A DNA stretch of 64,000 bases from Octopus vulgaris. Taxonomy: Eukaryota. Shown here piece after piece: positions 26,601 to 40,921 of the stretch (the stretch's first letter is position 1; each line of letters begins with the position of its first letter). The notes beneath the pieces are model-generated. The model was not told where the DNA came from and searched no databases. It worked only from the letters and a program-made list of their open reading frames with translations. The stretch covers positions 29,760,001 to 29,824,000 of the forward strand of contig OX597834.1 in the NCBI GenBank assembly GCA_951406725.2, given 5' to 3'. Made by a program: the position numbers and the translations under genes.

Positions 26601-27152
26601 GAGGGATTGCCAGAACAGCAACTGGATAATTCCATATCATCTTCCTTCCACAGATCCTGCTTGTTGATGTTCCAAAAATGACCAGAAGATTTCAAAAGGA
26701 AATAATCACCGAGTCGATGCCAAGGGATCAAATTTGAGTTTAGGGATCTCTCGGGAGTCTCAGTTCCTTTTTATAACCTACCATCACCACCACCACTACC
26801 GACACCACCGCCGCCACCAAGAACTACATCAATGAGCAATTACTGATGTGTTGTAAATAAGTGTAACAACCGGTGATATGCAAATTATCCAAATCTGCAC
26901 CCATTAAGTCATCTCCAATGAAAAAGGAGGAGAGAAGAGGAGGAGAGAAGAGGAGGAGTAGGAGGAGGAGGAGGAAGTAGATGCAACAGAAGTAAGAATG
27001 AAACATAAAAGGACAACAAACAAGATATGGGCATTAAAATTTCATATTTTCATTGTCACCGTAACCATTATTTTCATCAATTTTAATCATCATCAGCAGC
27101 ATTATTGTAATCACCTTAAGCATATTCATCATCAATGCCATTCTCATCATCG

Positions 27153-27187
<35 letters not shown>

Positions 27188-28741
27188 ATTATAATTATTA
27201 TTATTATTATTATTATTGCAATTATCATTATCATCATCATCATCTCAACAGTAATCCTCATCATTTCAATCACCATTATTATTGCTATTGTTTTTATTGT
27301 TGTTATTATTGGCATCATAATTATTGTTATCATCATCATCATCGTTATCACATTCATTACCATTAAGATCAAGAAATAACACCAACTGCCTAAATTCTTT
27401 TTATTTTTTTATATTTTTTGTTTTCGCTTCCATTTAATTTTGTTTTTTTGATGAGTTTTCTTTTTTGTTATTTTTTTTTTTGTTATTCATTAGTATTTTA
27501 ATATTCAGTTTTGCCAGTTGTGTAATCCTTTCAAGCACCAAGTTGCCAATAGCAACAGCAACAGCTTTACAAATAACAACAGCATCTCCAACAATGACAT
27601 AAAAATTTAACGGCATATTCAAAGATTTTGCCAAAATACTGGAACCGAGAGGAAAAATAATGAAAAATTAATGAGAGACCTTCCTTTTTCAGAGAGATGT
27701 TGCTGACATTGCATTGTTTCCTAAAACAAAACTAGCAATATGTCATAGAATTTTCATAGAAACATCTCAGAAACAGTTCCATTAATTTGGAGGAAGAAGT
27801 TATTAGGTTTTAGTTTTTTTGTTTTGATTTTTTTTGCTTTGTTTTTTGTTTTACAATTTGAAGTGTATTTTTTTGCTTTGTTTTTTTTTTGTTTTATCCG
27901 TGGTTATTGCACTGGTTCTATGATTTACTCGTCAGATCAATTGATCAATTGTTTTTCAAAGATGGATGCCCTTCATACCAATCACTAACCATTTATTTGG
28001 AAGAAGGAATGGAACCTGTTTTTTGCAGAGGATTTTTATCTATTTTTGAGGTACTAACATGGATATGTGGTTAAGAAGTTTACTTCACAAATACATGGTT
28101 TTGGGTTCAATCCTACCTGAGCAACAATCTTCTACTACACCCCAGGCTGGTCGATGCCTTTTGAGTAAATTTGATAGACAAAAACTGTAAGATGTTTATC
28201 TTCTATACTGTAATAAAGAAAAATGCTTATTGGAGTGCATAACGTTTACTAAAAGAAAGCAATTATTAAAATCAACATTGTCTAGAAAGTTCTTATAAAT
28301 TCCAATCTTAATATATTGTTATCAAAATGTGATTTTTAGGGTTGTTTTATTACTGATGATTTCATCTTCATGATTCACTTGCAAAACTAATTTCTATTCA
28401 CTATGACTTAGCCATCTACAAGATAGTATTTTTTAACATCTCTGATTATACTACAAGAAATATGAAGATTACCCAAATATTTGCAATACTACTTTTTACA
28501 GACATGTCAGTAAAAATATTTCTTCAGATTATAAGTTAAATCCAGGGGCAGCCAAATTATGTTGCTCGCAGTATCCTTTCATATCTGTTGAATGCCATTA
28601 AGAAATAGAAAGCTGAATAAAAAAAGGGGTTTTAAAATACATCAATTGTACCAAATATAAACCTGAATATATAATATATTTGCATATCAAATGTAAACAA
28701 AATTAGTTAAGAGAAATAACTCAGCTGGTATTATGATATGA

Positions 28742-29190
28742 ATCATCATCATCATCATTTAGCGCCTGCTTTCCATGCTGGCATGGGTTAGAGAGTTAGG
28801 CTGAAACTGGTAAGCTGGAGAGCTGCACCAAGTTCCAATCTGATTTCTATGGCTGGATGCTCTTCATAATGCCAACTGCTCCAAGAGTGCAATAGGTGCT
28901 TTTCACATTCCACTGGCACAGGTGCCAGTTTCATGATACCAGCATCAGCCATGACTATGATTTCACTTGGCTTGATGGGTCTTCTGCTCAAGCACAGTAT
29001 ATTGCCAAAGGTCTCTGTCATTTATCTCATTTATCATATCTGTGAGGCTCAATGATTGAAAGGTGCTTTTTATGTGTCAGTTACATGGCACCAGCATTGG
29101 CCATGACTACAGTTTCACTTGGCATATCACCAAAGGTCTTGGTCACTTGTCATTGCCCCATGAGGCCCAACGTTCAAAGATCATGCTTAA
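28742..29190 (-). mobile_element. Family C RTE-type retroposon, diverged
   Basis: (CAT)n tail, CCATGCTGGCATGGGTT, GGCTGGATGC motifs. Confidence 0.7.
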
Positions 29191-29404
29191 GTTGAAGAGT
29201 AATATACTAAATATCATATGGAAAAAAAATTTGCTATTTAAATTTATCTCTTTGTTTGAGAAAGAAAACAAGAGCCTAGTGGCAATTGTTTGTGACTCTT
29301 AAATTAAAAGAGAAGTTAATTTCAATCAATTAATTCTCAAGTTTATTTGGAGAAGGATTTTTTGAGAGAGATTTGGTTACTTATTTTATAAATAGTTATG
29401 CTTC

Positions 29405-29650
29405 AGAGTGGAGTAAAAACCTACAGAACTGGTCCCTAGAGCAGTGGAACAATGTTATTTTCTCGGACAAATCATCCTTTACCTTATTTCCAACCACCGG
29501 CTGAGTATACGTGTGGAGACAGCCAAAAGATGCATTTGACCCAGACTGCCTTCTTCCAACTGATAAGCATGGAGGAGGATCTGTGATGATCTGGTGGTGG
29601 GTGGGGGGAATATATCTTGAAAATCCACCAGCCTAATGATTTCCCTTTAT
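29405..29650 (+). pseudogene. Tc1-like transposase fragment
   Basis: EQWNNVIFSDKSSFTLF...VWRQPKDAFDPDCLLPTDKHGGGSVMIW. Confidence 0.85.
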
Positions 29651-30817
29651 GCATTTACGTTAGTATGTATGTATACTACAGCAGAATGAAAGAAGAGATT
29701 TAGTTAAATACTTCATTATAGCATCATAAATTACATACTCTTTACACATATTTCACTTGCATCACTTAGTAAATAACAATGGATTAAATTACTATTTTGC
29801 TCATTTCTTCTGAAGATCTGGTGTTCAAAGTAATTATGCACTCCTCTATGTAACAATTATCACACAACATTGTAGAACACACTAGTAAAACACATGTAAG
29901 GATTATATAATTTATGATGTTATAGAGTTAAATTAAATCTCCTGATTTATTCTACTCTCATAAATACATTCTGTAAATTATGGAAAAGTATACAATACCA
30001 AAAATAAAAATTAGGATTCAACAGGTCCAAAGACTGCATTGAACTCCAATGTCTGCTTTGGCATGGTTTCTATGATTAGATTACCTTCCTAATGTCAATC
30101 ACTTTACAGTATGTACTAGAAGCCTTTTCTTTTCATATTGCCAGCACTAGTGAGGTTGCTATGCAGCCTGCACAATTAGGATTCTCTTTAGGCTGAGTGT
30201 TGCTGTAATCAGGAGAGGGTTAAAGTGAGAGAGGGAGGGGGGAGAACAGAACAGGCTTCTTGCTGTTGAGGATCTTTGCAGCTATTCACAATTTTGAAGA
30301 AGGGGTAGGAGTGACTTAGATGGAGCTGGAAAGAAATAAAAATAGCAGTGATGAGGTGCTGAGGTATACACTCAAGATCTGAAGTGAATAGAAATGTGTA
30401 TGGACAGGAGAAGAGGAAGTGTGGCCAAGTAGAGGTTTCAGAGGTGAATAGAAGTGAGTGAGTATAGGATCACAGCTCATATGGGGGTGTAGTGTTTGCA
30501 AGAGTAAGGGATGGCTAGAGGTAGGGAGTTGGTAAGAAGGGGAGTATAATGAAGAAGAACAAGTGTTGAAGAATGATAAGTAGGGAAGAGTAGGTGGCTA
30601 CTGTAGAAATTATACAAGGTTGAGGGGTGACCAATGCTACATAAGAGGGAGGGGAGAGGAGATAACTGACTGTGCAAGTTTTATATATAAATGTGTATGA
30701 TACACACATATATACACACACACTCAAACACACATGAACAAAAGTATGTGTGTGTATGAGTATGTGTGAGTATGTATGTCTCTTTCTAGACATATGTACA
30801 TGTATGCATATATATGC

Positions 30818-30865
<48 letters not shown>

Positions 30866-31064
30866 GCATGTATGTATGTATATATATATGTGTGAGTGAG
30901 TGTACTCATGTATGTATGTGTATACATATATAATATATGTTTGTATGTATATATAGAGAGAGAGAGAGATACATACACACATATATATATAGGTGCACAT
31001 CTGTATTTGAATATTTGTGCATGAATGTATGTGTGTGTGCATGTATATACAGACACACACAAAT

Positions 31065-31067
<3 letters not shown>

Positions 31068-31099
<32 letters not shown>

Positions 31100-31117
31100 A
31101 GAGAGAGAGGAGAGAGA

Positions 31118-31180
<63 letters not shown>

Positions 31181-31271
31181 GAGAGGGAGAGAAAGAGAGA
31201 GAGGGAAAGAGAGAAAAAAGAGAAAGAGACAGAGACAGACAGACAGAGAAAGAGAGAAAGAGAGAGAGAGA
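31068..31271. repeat. GA-rich purine microsatellite
   Basis: (GA)n/(GAAA)n mix. Confidence 0.95.
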
Positions 31272-31970
31272 TGGGGTAGTAACCAGAGATGTATATACAC
31301 TCTTTTTTGGTCTTGGCAATAGGGAATGGAATGAATAAATGAATGAAAAAAATATAAAACCACAAACAACAACAACAACAAAAAATTACAAAAAAAAAAA
31401 ACACGAACAAAACAAAACAAAACTAAATATGTTATTACCGATATTCATTTTAGCATTTAATGAATAACATGAGAGATCTTTCATGAAGCTACCAAAGATC
31501 TGAAAACTGTTTCTGATTCCAAAATTGGTTCAGACTCACCAATGCAATTCTTTGAAAAAAAATAAATAAATAAATAAATAAATATGAGCTTGATATTTGT
31601 AGTTTTTTTTATTTTACAACCATTTTTATTTAATTTTGTTGGTTTCGGTTCTTTGTGGGTTTTTTTCTTTTTTTTTTTTGGTGTGTTTTTTTTGTAGTTT
31701 ATTTTCATATGTATTGATCAGGTATGGCTGTTGCTGCTAATTTTGTCGTTGTCCCTGTTTGTGGTTGCTGTTACTGTTGTTATTGGGCCTTTGTGCCAGG
31801 TCAAAAGATTATTATTATCATTATTATTATTATTATTATCATTATTATCATTGTTATTATTATCACCACTACCATCCTTGTCGTTGTCATCATCATCATC
31901 ATTGTTGTTGCTCTCTTTATTCGTAACATTTGTATTTATTTTTTTTGTTTCCCTTCTGGGAAATGATGAA

Positions 31971-32005
<35 letters not shown>

Positions 32006-32382
32006 CATCATCATCATCATCATCTCTGACTCCGTCACCACCACATCATCATCATCATCATCACCGTTGTTATTTAAAAAATAAAAAAAAAGAGACAGTA
32101 ATCATTATTATATTATAGTTATCTTCACCACATCATCACCAACATCATCATCATCATCAGCATCATCCTCATCATCATTTCATTTGTTTGTTTTTCCTGT
32201 TATTCTTTCTTTTTTTTTATATTTGTATTTTTTTTTTATTCTTTGTCTTTGTTGCTTCTGTTACTCTTGTGGCAAATAACAAAATGATTATTAATACTCT
32301 TCTTCTTCGTCTTCTTCATTTTCTTCTCCTTCTCCTCCTCCTTCTTCTTCTTGATAATTAAAATAATAATAATAATAATAAC

Positions 32383-32414
<32 letters not shown>

Positions 32415-33128
32415 TAATAATAATAATAATAATAATAATAATTACCCCATCATTATCATCATCCTCATCATCAACACCATTATTTTGATATCTTTGTTGT
32501 TGTTGTAACTGTTATTGTTGTTGCTATTATTTTGATACTATTAACCATCATGGCTACTTTATTTTTCATGAAATTTTTTTCTCTTTTATTCCCTCCTTGC
32601 ACATTTTTATACTTCTTTTATTTATTGTGCTTTTTTTTTTGCTTCTTCTTTAGCTTCTTTTGTTTTGTTTTGGTATTTTGTTGTGTTTTTTTTTTTCTAA
32701 TTTAGCTCAAATCATTCCAGAAATAGGTTTGTAATGGAAAAATATCAAATAACAATCAAACACAGCTGTTTTTTTTTTTTTCTAAATATATACCATTCGG
32801 AAACCGTTCCGATCTATTTTATATTTTTGTTATTATTGTTCATTATTGTTTTTATTATTGTTTATATTACACACAAAGATTTTTATGAAATAAAACAAAA
32901 AATTATGGACACACAAAGAACACCATTATGGGTTTCTATTAAATATAATTGGACAAGTCTTTCAAGAAGTCATCAAATGCACAATTATTGAATTTTTAGA
33001 AAATACTTTGTTTCATATAGTTAGCAACGTGATATATATATATATATATATGTGTGTGTATGTGTGTATATATATATGTGTATATATATGTGTGTGTGTG
33101 TGCATGTGTATGTCTGTGTGTGTATATA

Positions 33129-33164
<36 letters not shown>

Positions 33165-33234
33165 TGTATGTATGTGTGTATGTGTATATGTATATATATA
33201 TGTGTGTGTGTGTGTGTATGTGTGTGTGTATATA

Positions 33235-33283
<49 letters not shown>

Positions 33284-33769
33284 GTATATGTATGCATATA
33301 AGCATGGGTGTATGGTAAAGAAAATCTTTTCACAACTAGATAGCTTTTATATTCAGTACTATTATGTGACACTTTGGACAAATGTCTTCTACTGTATCTC
33401 TGGGTTGACTAATACTTTGTGACTGAATCTGGTAGACAGTGTATGAACTCCTGTTGTGCATGTGTGTGTTAATATTTCACTTAGGTAAAGCGATACTAAT
33501 AATGTGACATCAGAACGCAATATACATATTCTTCAGAATAAAGTATTAGTTGAGTACAGAGTGTAACTATAGAATTGAATAAATAAATGACAAAGGCACA
33601 GGAAATTATGAAATGAGCATCATTAGCTTAGAGCTGTTTCTGCTATGAAATACAGGCACCCAGAGTTGAGTGCTTGTGCATCAACTTACAGCTTCCTCCG
33701 ACCTTCTAAAATGAAGTGTCCTTCATGTTAGAAGCTCCAGTTTTTTTATCACACACACACACACATATA

Positions 33770-35455
33770 TAGTGTCATGCACAAAATTATTGGCACCTCT
33801 ACAACATTCGATGATGAACAATCAATAGTGTATTATCCTTTATGCTTAATAACTTCCTGCTATCTGTGAGGGCAATTTCCAATTATCCTCGGGCACAGAT
33901 CAAAAGGAATTTTAGTCCATTCTTCAATTACATATTCTTTCAGCTTCAATTACATATTCTTCAAGTTAGATGGCCCTCTTGCTTTCACTCTTTTCTCTAG
34001 CTCCCATAATAAATTTTCTATTGGGTTTAAGTCAGGACTTTGAACCAGCCATGGGAGTACCTCTATCTTGTTTTCTTTTAACCAATTTTGGATTAAACAT
34101 GAGGTATGCTTGGGATCATAAAGGTTCCACAGTGTGCTGATCCCAGATGCTTCACCAATAACTTCAGGTTTACATCCAAAACACCAACACAATTCTATTT
34201 TGTTATCGTTCCTTCAATTTAAGTTCATTTTCCAGAGCCTTTAGCAGAAAAATAGGTCTGCAGTATTATGCAGCCTCTGCCATGTTTGATGGTATTCTTT
34301 GGATTGTCGGCTTCTCTTCTTTTACTCTAAATGCTAGTCCTATCATTGTGGCCTAACTCAAGATTGGTTTCATTAGACCATAGAACTGAGTGCCAAAAAC
34401 ATTCATCCTTCTTCAGAAAGAACCACGTAAACTTCAAACAATCTGTTAAGTGCTTCTTCAACAATAGTGTATTCCAGGGATGCCTTCAAACCACCTCTAT
34501 TGAAAGTTTGAGTAATCGTTGACCTTGAAGTATGAACTCTGATAGCTGTCAATTTGACTTTCATCACTGCAGTCATTATCTTAGGATCATCGTTGACTGT
34601 TTTAATTAACATTCACTCATCTCATTCTGAAAAGTGTTGTTTTTTGTTTTTTTTCTGCAGTATCAATTCTTGTTCTCCAACAAATATTTCATGATTATGT
34701 TGCAAACAGTTGATTGAGCAATATTGAAATTCTTAGATATTTGTTTCTTTACTACCCACAAGGGGCTAAACTTAGAGGGGACAAACAAAGACAGACAAAC
34801 GGATTAAGACGATTACATCGACCCCAGTGCTTAACTGGTACTTAATTTATTGACCCTGAAAGGATGAAAGGCAAAGTCGACCTCGGCGGAATTTGAACTC
34901 AGAACGTAGCGGCAGACGAAATACGGCTACGCATTTCGCCCGGCATGCTAACAGTTCTGCCAGCTCGCCGCCTTGAAATTGAAATTCTTAGATATTATAT
35001 AATAACCATCTCCAGCAGTGTGAGCATCAACAATCTTTTTCCTTGAGCCAGAACTGTGCTCCAGCACCCTCACCATGACATTGCAGATAGGTTTGTTGAC
35101 CAAAAGAAGGTTGCAAGAACATTGTGTAAGTGATGTCACAAGGCCTTAGAAGTTCCTGTATTTTACAACTTTCTCAGGATGATGTAATGTCTATTAATCA
35201 ACATGTATTCTTATATTGTAGTCCAAATCAGTGTTTTTTGCAATGCAATAATAAAAATTATTTTGAACCATGCTTGAAAGATTTATCAGCTGAGATTACC
35301 AAACATCACCAGACGTCCTCTTTTGGCAAAATTTATGCTTTAGTTGTTCACATTATTGTGACATAAGAGCACTTTTGTACACATCTCATTTTAAAAACAA
35401 ATTCAATAAAAACCCATTTTTGACAAGGAGTGCCAATAATTTGTATGCATAACTG
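33770..35455 (-). mobile_element. Tc1 (DD34E) element with both TIRs, transposase degraded
   Basis: TIRs TAGTGTCATGCACAAAATTATTGGCAC / GTGCCAATAATTTGTATGCATAACTG; DPKHTS...LPWLVQSPDLNPIENLLWELEKRV. Confidence 0.88.
34742..34972 (-). mobile_element. SINE A inserted in the Tc1 element
   Basis: Full copy; TSD ATTGAAATTCTTAGATATT at 34723-34741 and 34978-34996. Confidence 0.93.
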
Positions 35456-35470
35456 TGTGTATGTGTGTGT

Positions 35471-35508
<38 letters not shown>

Positions 35509-35980
35509 ATGCACATGTGCATGTGTGTGTGTACATGCATGTGTGTATGTGCATGTGTTTGTTTGTTTATGGAGGTCCTGGTTGTTCTTGAGCAAAGCAC
35601 TTTATTGCTCCAGATCACTCAGCTGGCAAAAATGAGTAATCCTGCAGTGGAGTGGTGTTCTGTCCAGGAGTGTTGGATATGCCACAGAATCTGGGAAACT
35701 GACTTTATAAGCCTATGGCTTGGGATGACCCTTTGATCTTTCTTTTGATATTTGTTTGTGTGTTTTCAACTTGTGGTTTGATGCACTCACAATCACAAAG
35801 CGAGCTAAATAGCTACTTGGTGTTTTTAAGAATGGAGAGGTTAAAGCTAAACTTAATTCATTCATACCTTAAAGTAAAGTACGTTAACAGTTATTCAAAT
35901 TCATTCCCACTGAAATGTGGGATGTTGAGATCTTCATTCCCACTTATATGCATGTAGGCATTTTTTATTTATTTTTTTTT

Positions 35981-36195
35981 ATTTTATCAAGTTTCAGCTC
36001 ACGAGCTGTGGCCATGCTGGGGCACCGCCATTTGTTGTTGCTACATGATTTTACTTCACGGATGCTTTTTAGCAATTGCCATTTGGTGCATGAGAGAGTT
36101 CGATGCAGCTGCCCTCATCTGCACCTCCTGCCATGAAGTTGGTTCATCTGGGACACCTGACAGGAAGAGATCCAGTTTCATTTTAAAGACATCTG
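35981..36195 (-). mobile_element. CR1-like LINE 3' end whose tail matches SINE B
   Basis: VFKMKLDLFLSGVPDEPT...RAAASNSLMHQ then GGCGGTGCCCCAGCATGGCCACAGCTCGTGAGCTGAAAC. Confidence 0.8.
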
Positions 36196-36199
36196 GAGA

Positions 36200-36400
36200 G
36201 TTTTTTTAGAAATTCTATTAATAATCTTCTCGTTGGTCCACAGCATAGACAGGGATTCCTTGGAGCAGACTAGGCATCTCCTGCAAATGATACTGTATGG
36301 TTTTGCATACCCTACTATGGACCAAATTGCACTTAAATTTATCTTCCTTCAGTCACCACACAAAATCGGCCAAAGTTGTTTAAGGTCTTTTATTGATTCT
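36200..36400 (-). pseudogene. Penelope-like GIY-YIG C-terminal fragment
   Basis: IWSIVGYAKPYSIICRRCLVCSKESLSMLW resembles the PLE motif W.I...A.PY....RC.LC..EK..I. Confidence 0.65.
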
Positions 36401-36445
36401 CTTGTAAATATGTGTGTGTGTGTGTGTTCTATAAGTAGTTAAGAC

Positions 36446-36648
36446 TATGTCTGGTCACAGAGTCATCAATCGTTTCACATCCACAAAGCACTAGGCCTTA
36501 TAGATGGCTCATCAGACTCAATGGCAGATGTACATCCTTCCTCAAACTCTGAAGAGGGATGTGCATCTGCCATTGAGTCTGATGAGCCGTCTATAAGGCC
36601 GAGTGCTTTGTGGATACGAAACTATTGATCACTTGATGACCAGATATA
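36446..36648. repeat. ~200-bp palindrome, each arm carrying a hammerhead-like core
   Basis: Arms reverse-complementary about ~36547; GAGT-CTGATGA-[stem II]-GAAAC on + at 36575-36634 and mirrored on -. Confidence 0.85.
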
Positions 36649-36726
36649 TATTTCACTGCTTGTAAATACATTACTGCTCTATTCTTTAGAGTGTGCTTCT
36701 TTTTCGGATGCATGATCCACTGAGGA

Positions 36727-36777
36727 TATATATATATATATACACACACTCACAGATACATATATATACTCATATAG

Positions 36778-36820
<43 letters not shown>

Positions 36821-37241
36821 CATACACATACATATATATATACACATACATGTATATATATACAGACATACATATATATACACATGCATATATATATGTA
36901 TACACATACATGCATATATCTATGTACACACATACATGCATATATATATATGCACACACATACATACATATATATATATACACACATACATACATATATA
37001 TATATACACACATATACATATATATATATATACACACATACATACATATATATATACACACATACATACATATATATATACACACATACATACATATATA
37101 TATACACACATACATACATATATATATACACACATACATATATATATATATACATATACACACACACACATATATATATACACACACAAACACACACATA
37201 TATATATACACACACACATATATATATATACACACACACAC

Positions 37242-37316
<75 letters not shown>

Positions 37317-37340
37317 TGTATGTATGTATGTATATATACC
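36727..37340. repeat. Compound (TA)n/(CA)n/(TATG)n array with ~22-bp higher-order units
   Basis: Direct reading. Confidence 0.9.
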
Positions 37341-37759
37341 TAGATATATATAAATGTATCTTTATATTCAGGCATTTATATATATATATATGTATGTGTG
37401 TATGGATAGGTGAATGCATATTTCAGTGCAAGAAGGTTTTGGGTTCTTAAAGAATTGTTTTTACAATTTGAAATTCTTATTAGTTATATGTTTGATATTA
37501 AATTTATATGTTCTCTTGCTTCATGCCATTACTATTTACCAGTATGCCAAAACAGTAGCGGCAATTCTACTGAAAACTAATATATAATATTCATGTTTGA
37601 AGCAAGATTCTTTGAGAAGATTCAATTTATAAAAATTTGTAAGTAAAATAAATTAAAATAAAAAATATAATACAAAAATATGAAAACAAATTGAAATTTA
37701 AATTGAAATGTAAAAAAGAAATTATATGCATATATATATATATACACATATATACATAC

Positions 37760-37810
<51 letters not shown>

Positions 37811-37827
37811 ACGACATGTATATGTAT

Positions 37828-37858
<31 letters not shown>

Positions 37859-38188
37859 CACATACACATGTTTATGTATATATGTATGTATGTATATTAT
37901 ATATATACACATCCATAAAAATTTAAAATTTAAAGATGACAAACAATTTCAATTTAGTTAAACAGTTTTAAAATTTCTTATTTTTTTAAGAGCGAAAATT
38001 TTCGTCAAACTTTGAATTATTTGTGTGTATGTATATATGCATTTTATTTTTGTTTTGTTCTTGTTTTCTTTTTGCTTTTGTTGTATTTTGCATATTTCTC
38101 TTTTACTTATATTTACACACACACACACATACATATATATACATCTACATATATACACATATATACATACACATATATACATACATAC

Positions 38189-38257
<69 letters not shown>

Positions 38258-38450
38258 GTATGTTTCTAACAGCCTTCCCTTTGAGCTAAAAATATTGTTT
38301 GATATTAATTTTCATAAAAATCTAAATGTTATGGGAAAATATTATCTTGAGTGATGATATATCACGGAATTTTAACCTTTCCAAAAGTTTTCTAACAAGA
38401 AAATCTCCAATATATATATTTTCTGCCTAAAATAAATAATTAGAATATAT

Positions 38451-38485
<35 letters not shown>

Positions 38486-38550
38486 GAAAATTATGAAATT
38501 TTAAATATATTATTATTATTATTATTTATTATCATTATTATTATTTATTA

Positions 38551-38583
<33 letters not shown>

Positions 38584-38665
38584 GAATTCTGTTGATTTCA
38601 TTGAGGTTGTTGTTTAATTTTTCTTCAGTATTTCTTTCTGCATATTTTCATGAAGTGTCTTTCCT

Positions 38666-38748
<83 letters not shown>

Positions 38749-39711
38749 ATCTACCCTCTTGCTCTTTCTCCCTCTCACTTTTACCATTCCTCTTACACTG
38801 TCTCCCTCTCTCGCTTTGTCCTTCTCTATTTTCTTCCCTGCTATGCCACCTAATCTTTCATCCATTGAACATTATGTGATCTTTTCTTGTTAATGTCATT
38901 TAAAATTTCATAATATTCGAAATTAAATGAAATTTAAATTACTCATCTACTTTCAGATATATTTCTTAAAATGTTTATATACATATACACACACACAAAT
39001 ATATATATATACACACACACACATATATATATATACGCACATACACACATATATATATAAATACACACACGCACACACTCATACACATACTTATGTGTAT
39101 GTATATTGAAGCTTTATTATATGATGTAATATATATATAAAAATAAACACACATACATATATACATGCAATTAGTAAATCTGTGTCTACATATATATATA
39201 TGTATGTGTGTATATATGCATGTACACACACATATGGATATGTGTTTGTATATATATATATATATATAAATATATGTATGTAATATTGACATACACAAAC
39301 TATATATGTATATATATATATATACACACATGTGTATATATAATTGTTTTAGCCACTTTCTTTCTCTCATCCGTATTCTTCCCTTCCTTCGACTCCACCA
39401 CCATAACCACGCCAACACCACCATTCTCTATCTTCCCAGTTTCCCCCCATTTTCCATCCTTCATCTTAGACTTACACTGCTATCTTCATACATGTCTTAC
39501 TGCACTCATTTACATATTTGTTGAGAACTTTTGCAAAAATTCTTCATTTCTTTGTATTTTTAGGTGTTATAATGTTATAACTTATAAGAGCAGAGCTACT
39601 TATGTACAGGCATGTATTTATATAACTTTGTGAGTGTGTGTGTGTTTCTATATATTTGTTGGCATCTGTATAATTTTGTGTGTATCATAGTGTGTGCCTG
39701 TGTACTTGTGT

Positions 39712-40014
<303 letters not shown>

Positions 40015-40627
40015 TCATCTACATAGACACATCCACACATACAAATATATGCATATATATGACTACATATGCATATACATACATGTGTTATTATAATGTA
40101 TTATGGTATTTGTATTTGATGTTGTCATTTAGTTGTAATTACCTGAATACAGGTATGACTGATTAGTTAAGTTATTTGTTTCCCAATCATGAGATCGCAG
40201 GTTCATTCCATTTCCTGTCCTCTTAGACAAATGCATTTTTTTTTTTTACTTTGACCTCACTTTGAGCTTAAGACTCTTGAGTGATAATGAGTGGACAGCA
40301 AATATGAAAGCCCTTCATATAAGCTGTACCTGTTATTCAAGGATCCAGCATTGTTACTGTGTTATAATGATTCTGTATGAGAATTACATTAAGAGCGTAA
40401 GAGCCTGTGAGATACTCAGCTACTTACATTAAAAATTCAGTTTAGTGGGTAGGGTAGTTTGATTGATTGATGAAACAGCTCAATTACTCATTATGGAGGC
40501 CAACTGAGGATTCGTTAATGCTTTTATTTCGTATACATTAAACTCATTAAATACTTGTCTATATGTGAAAATATGTATGTGTGAGTGTGTGTGCATACAG
40601 ATGTATATATATATATATATGCGTATA

Positions 40628-40681
<54 letters not shown>

Positions 40682-40745
40682 GGTAGGCACATATATGTAT
40701 ATAAATATATACACATATATATATACACACATATAGGTAGGCACA

Positions 40746-40921
<176 letters not shown>

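Noticed and set aside
28542-28570. CAGGGG-start hAT-like terminus
   Set aside because: No partner TIR or TSD found
30515-31420. 301-aa ORF and similar long ORFs (36679-37419, 39596-40166, 56231-56785, 61966-62610)
   Set aside because: Translations of TA/CA/GA microsatellites with no domain content
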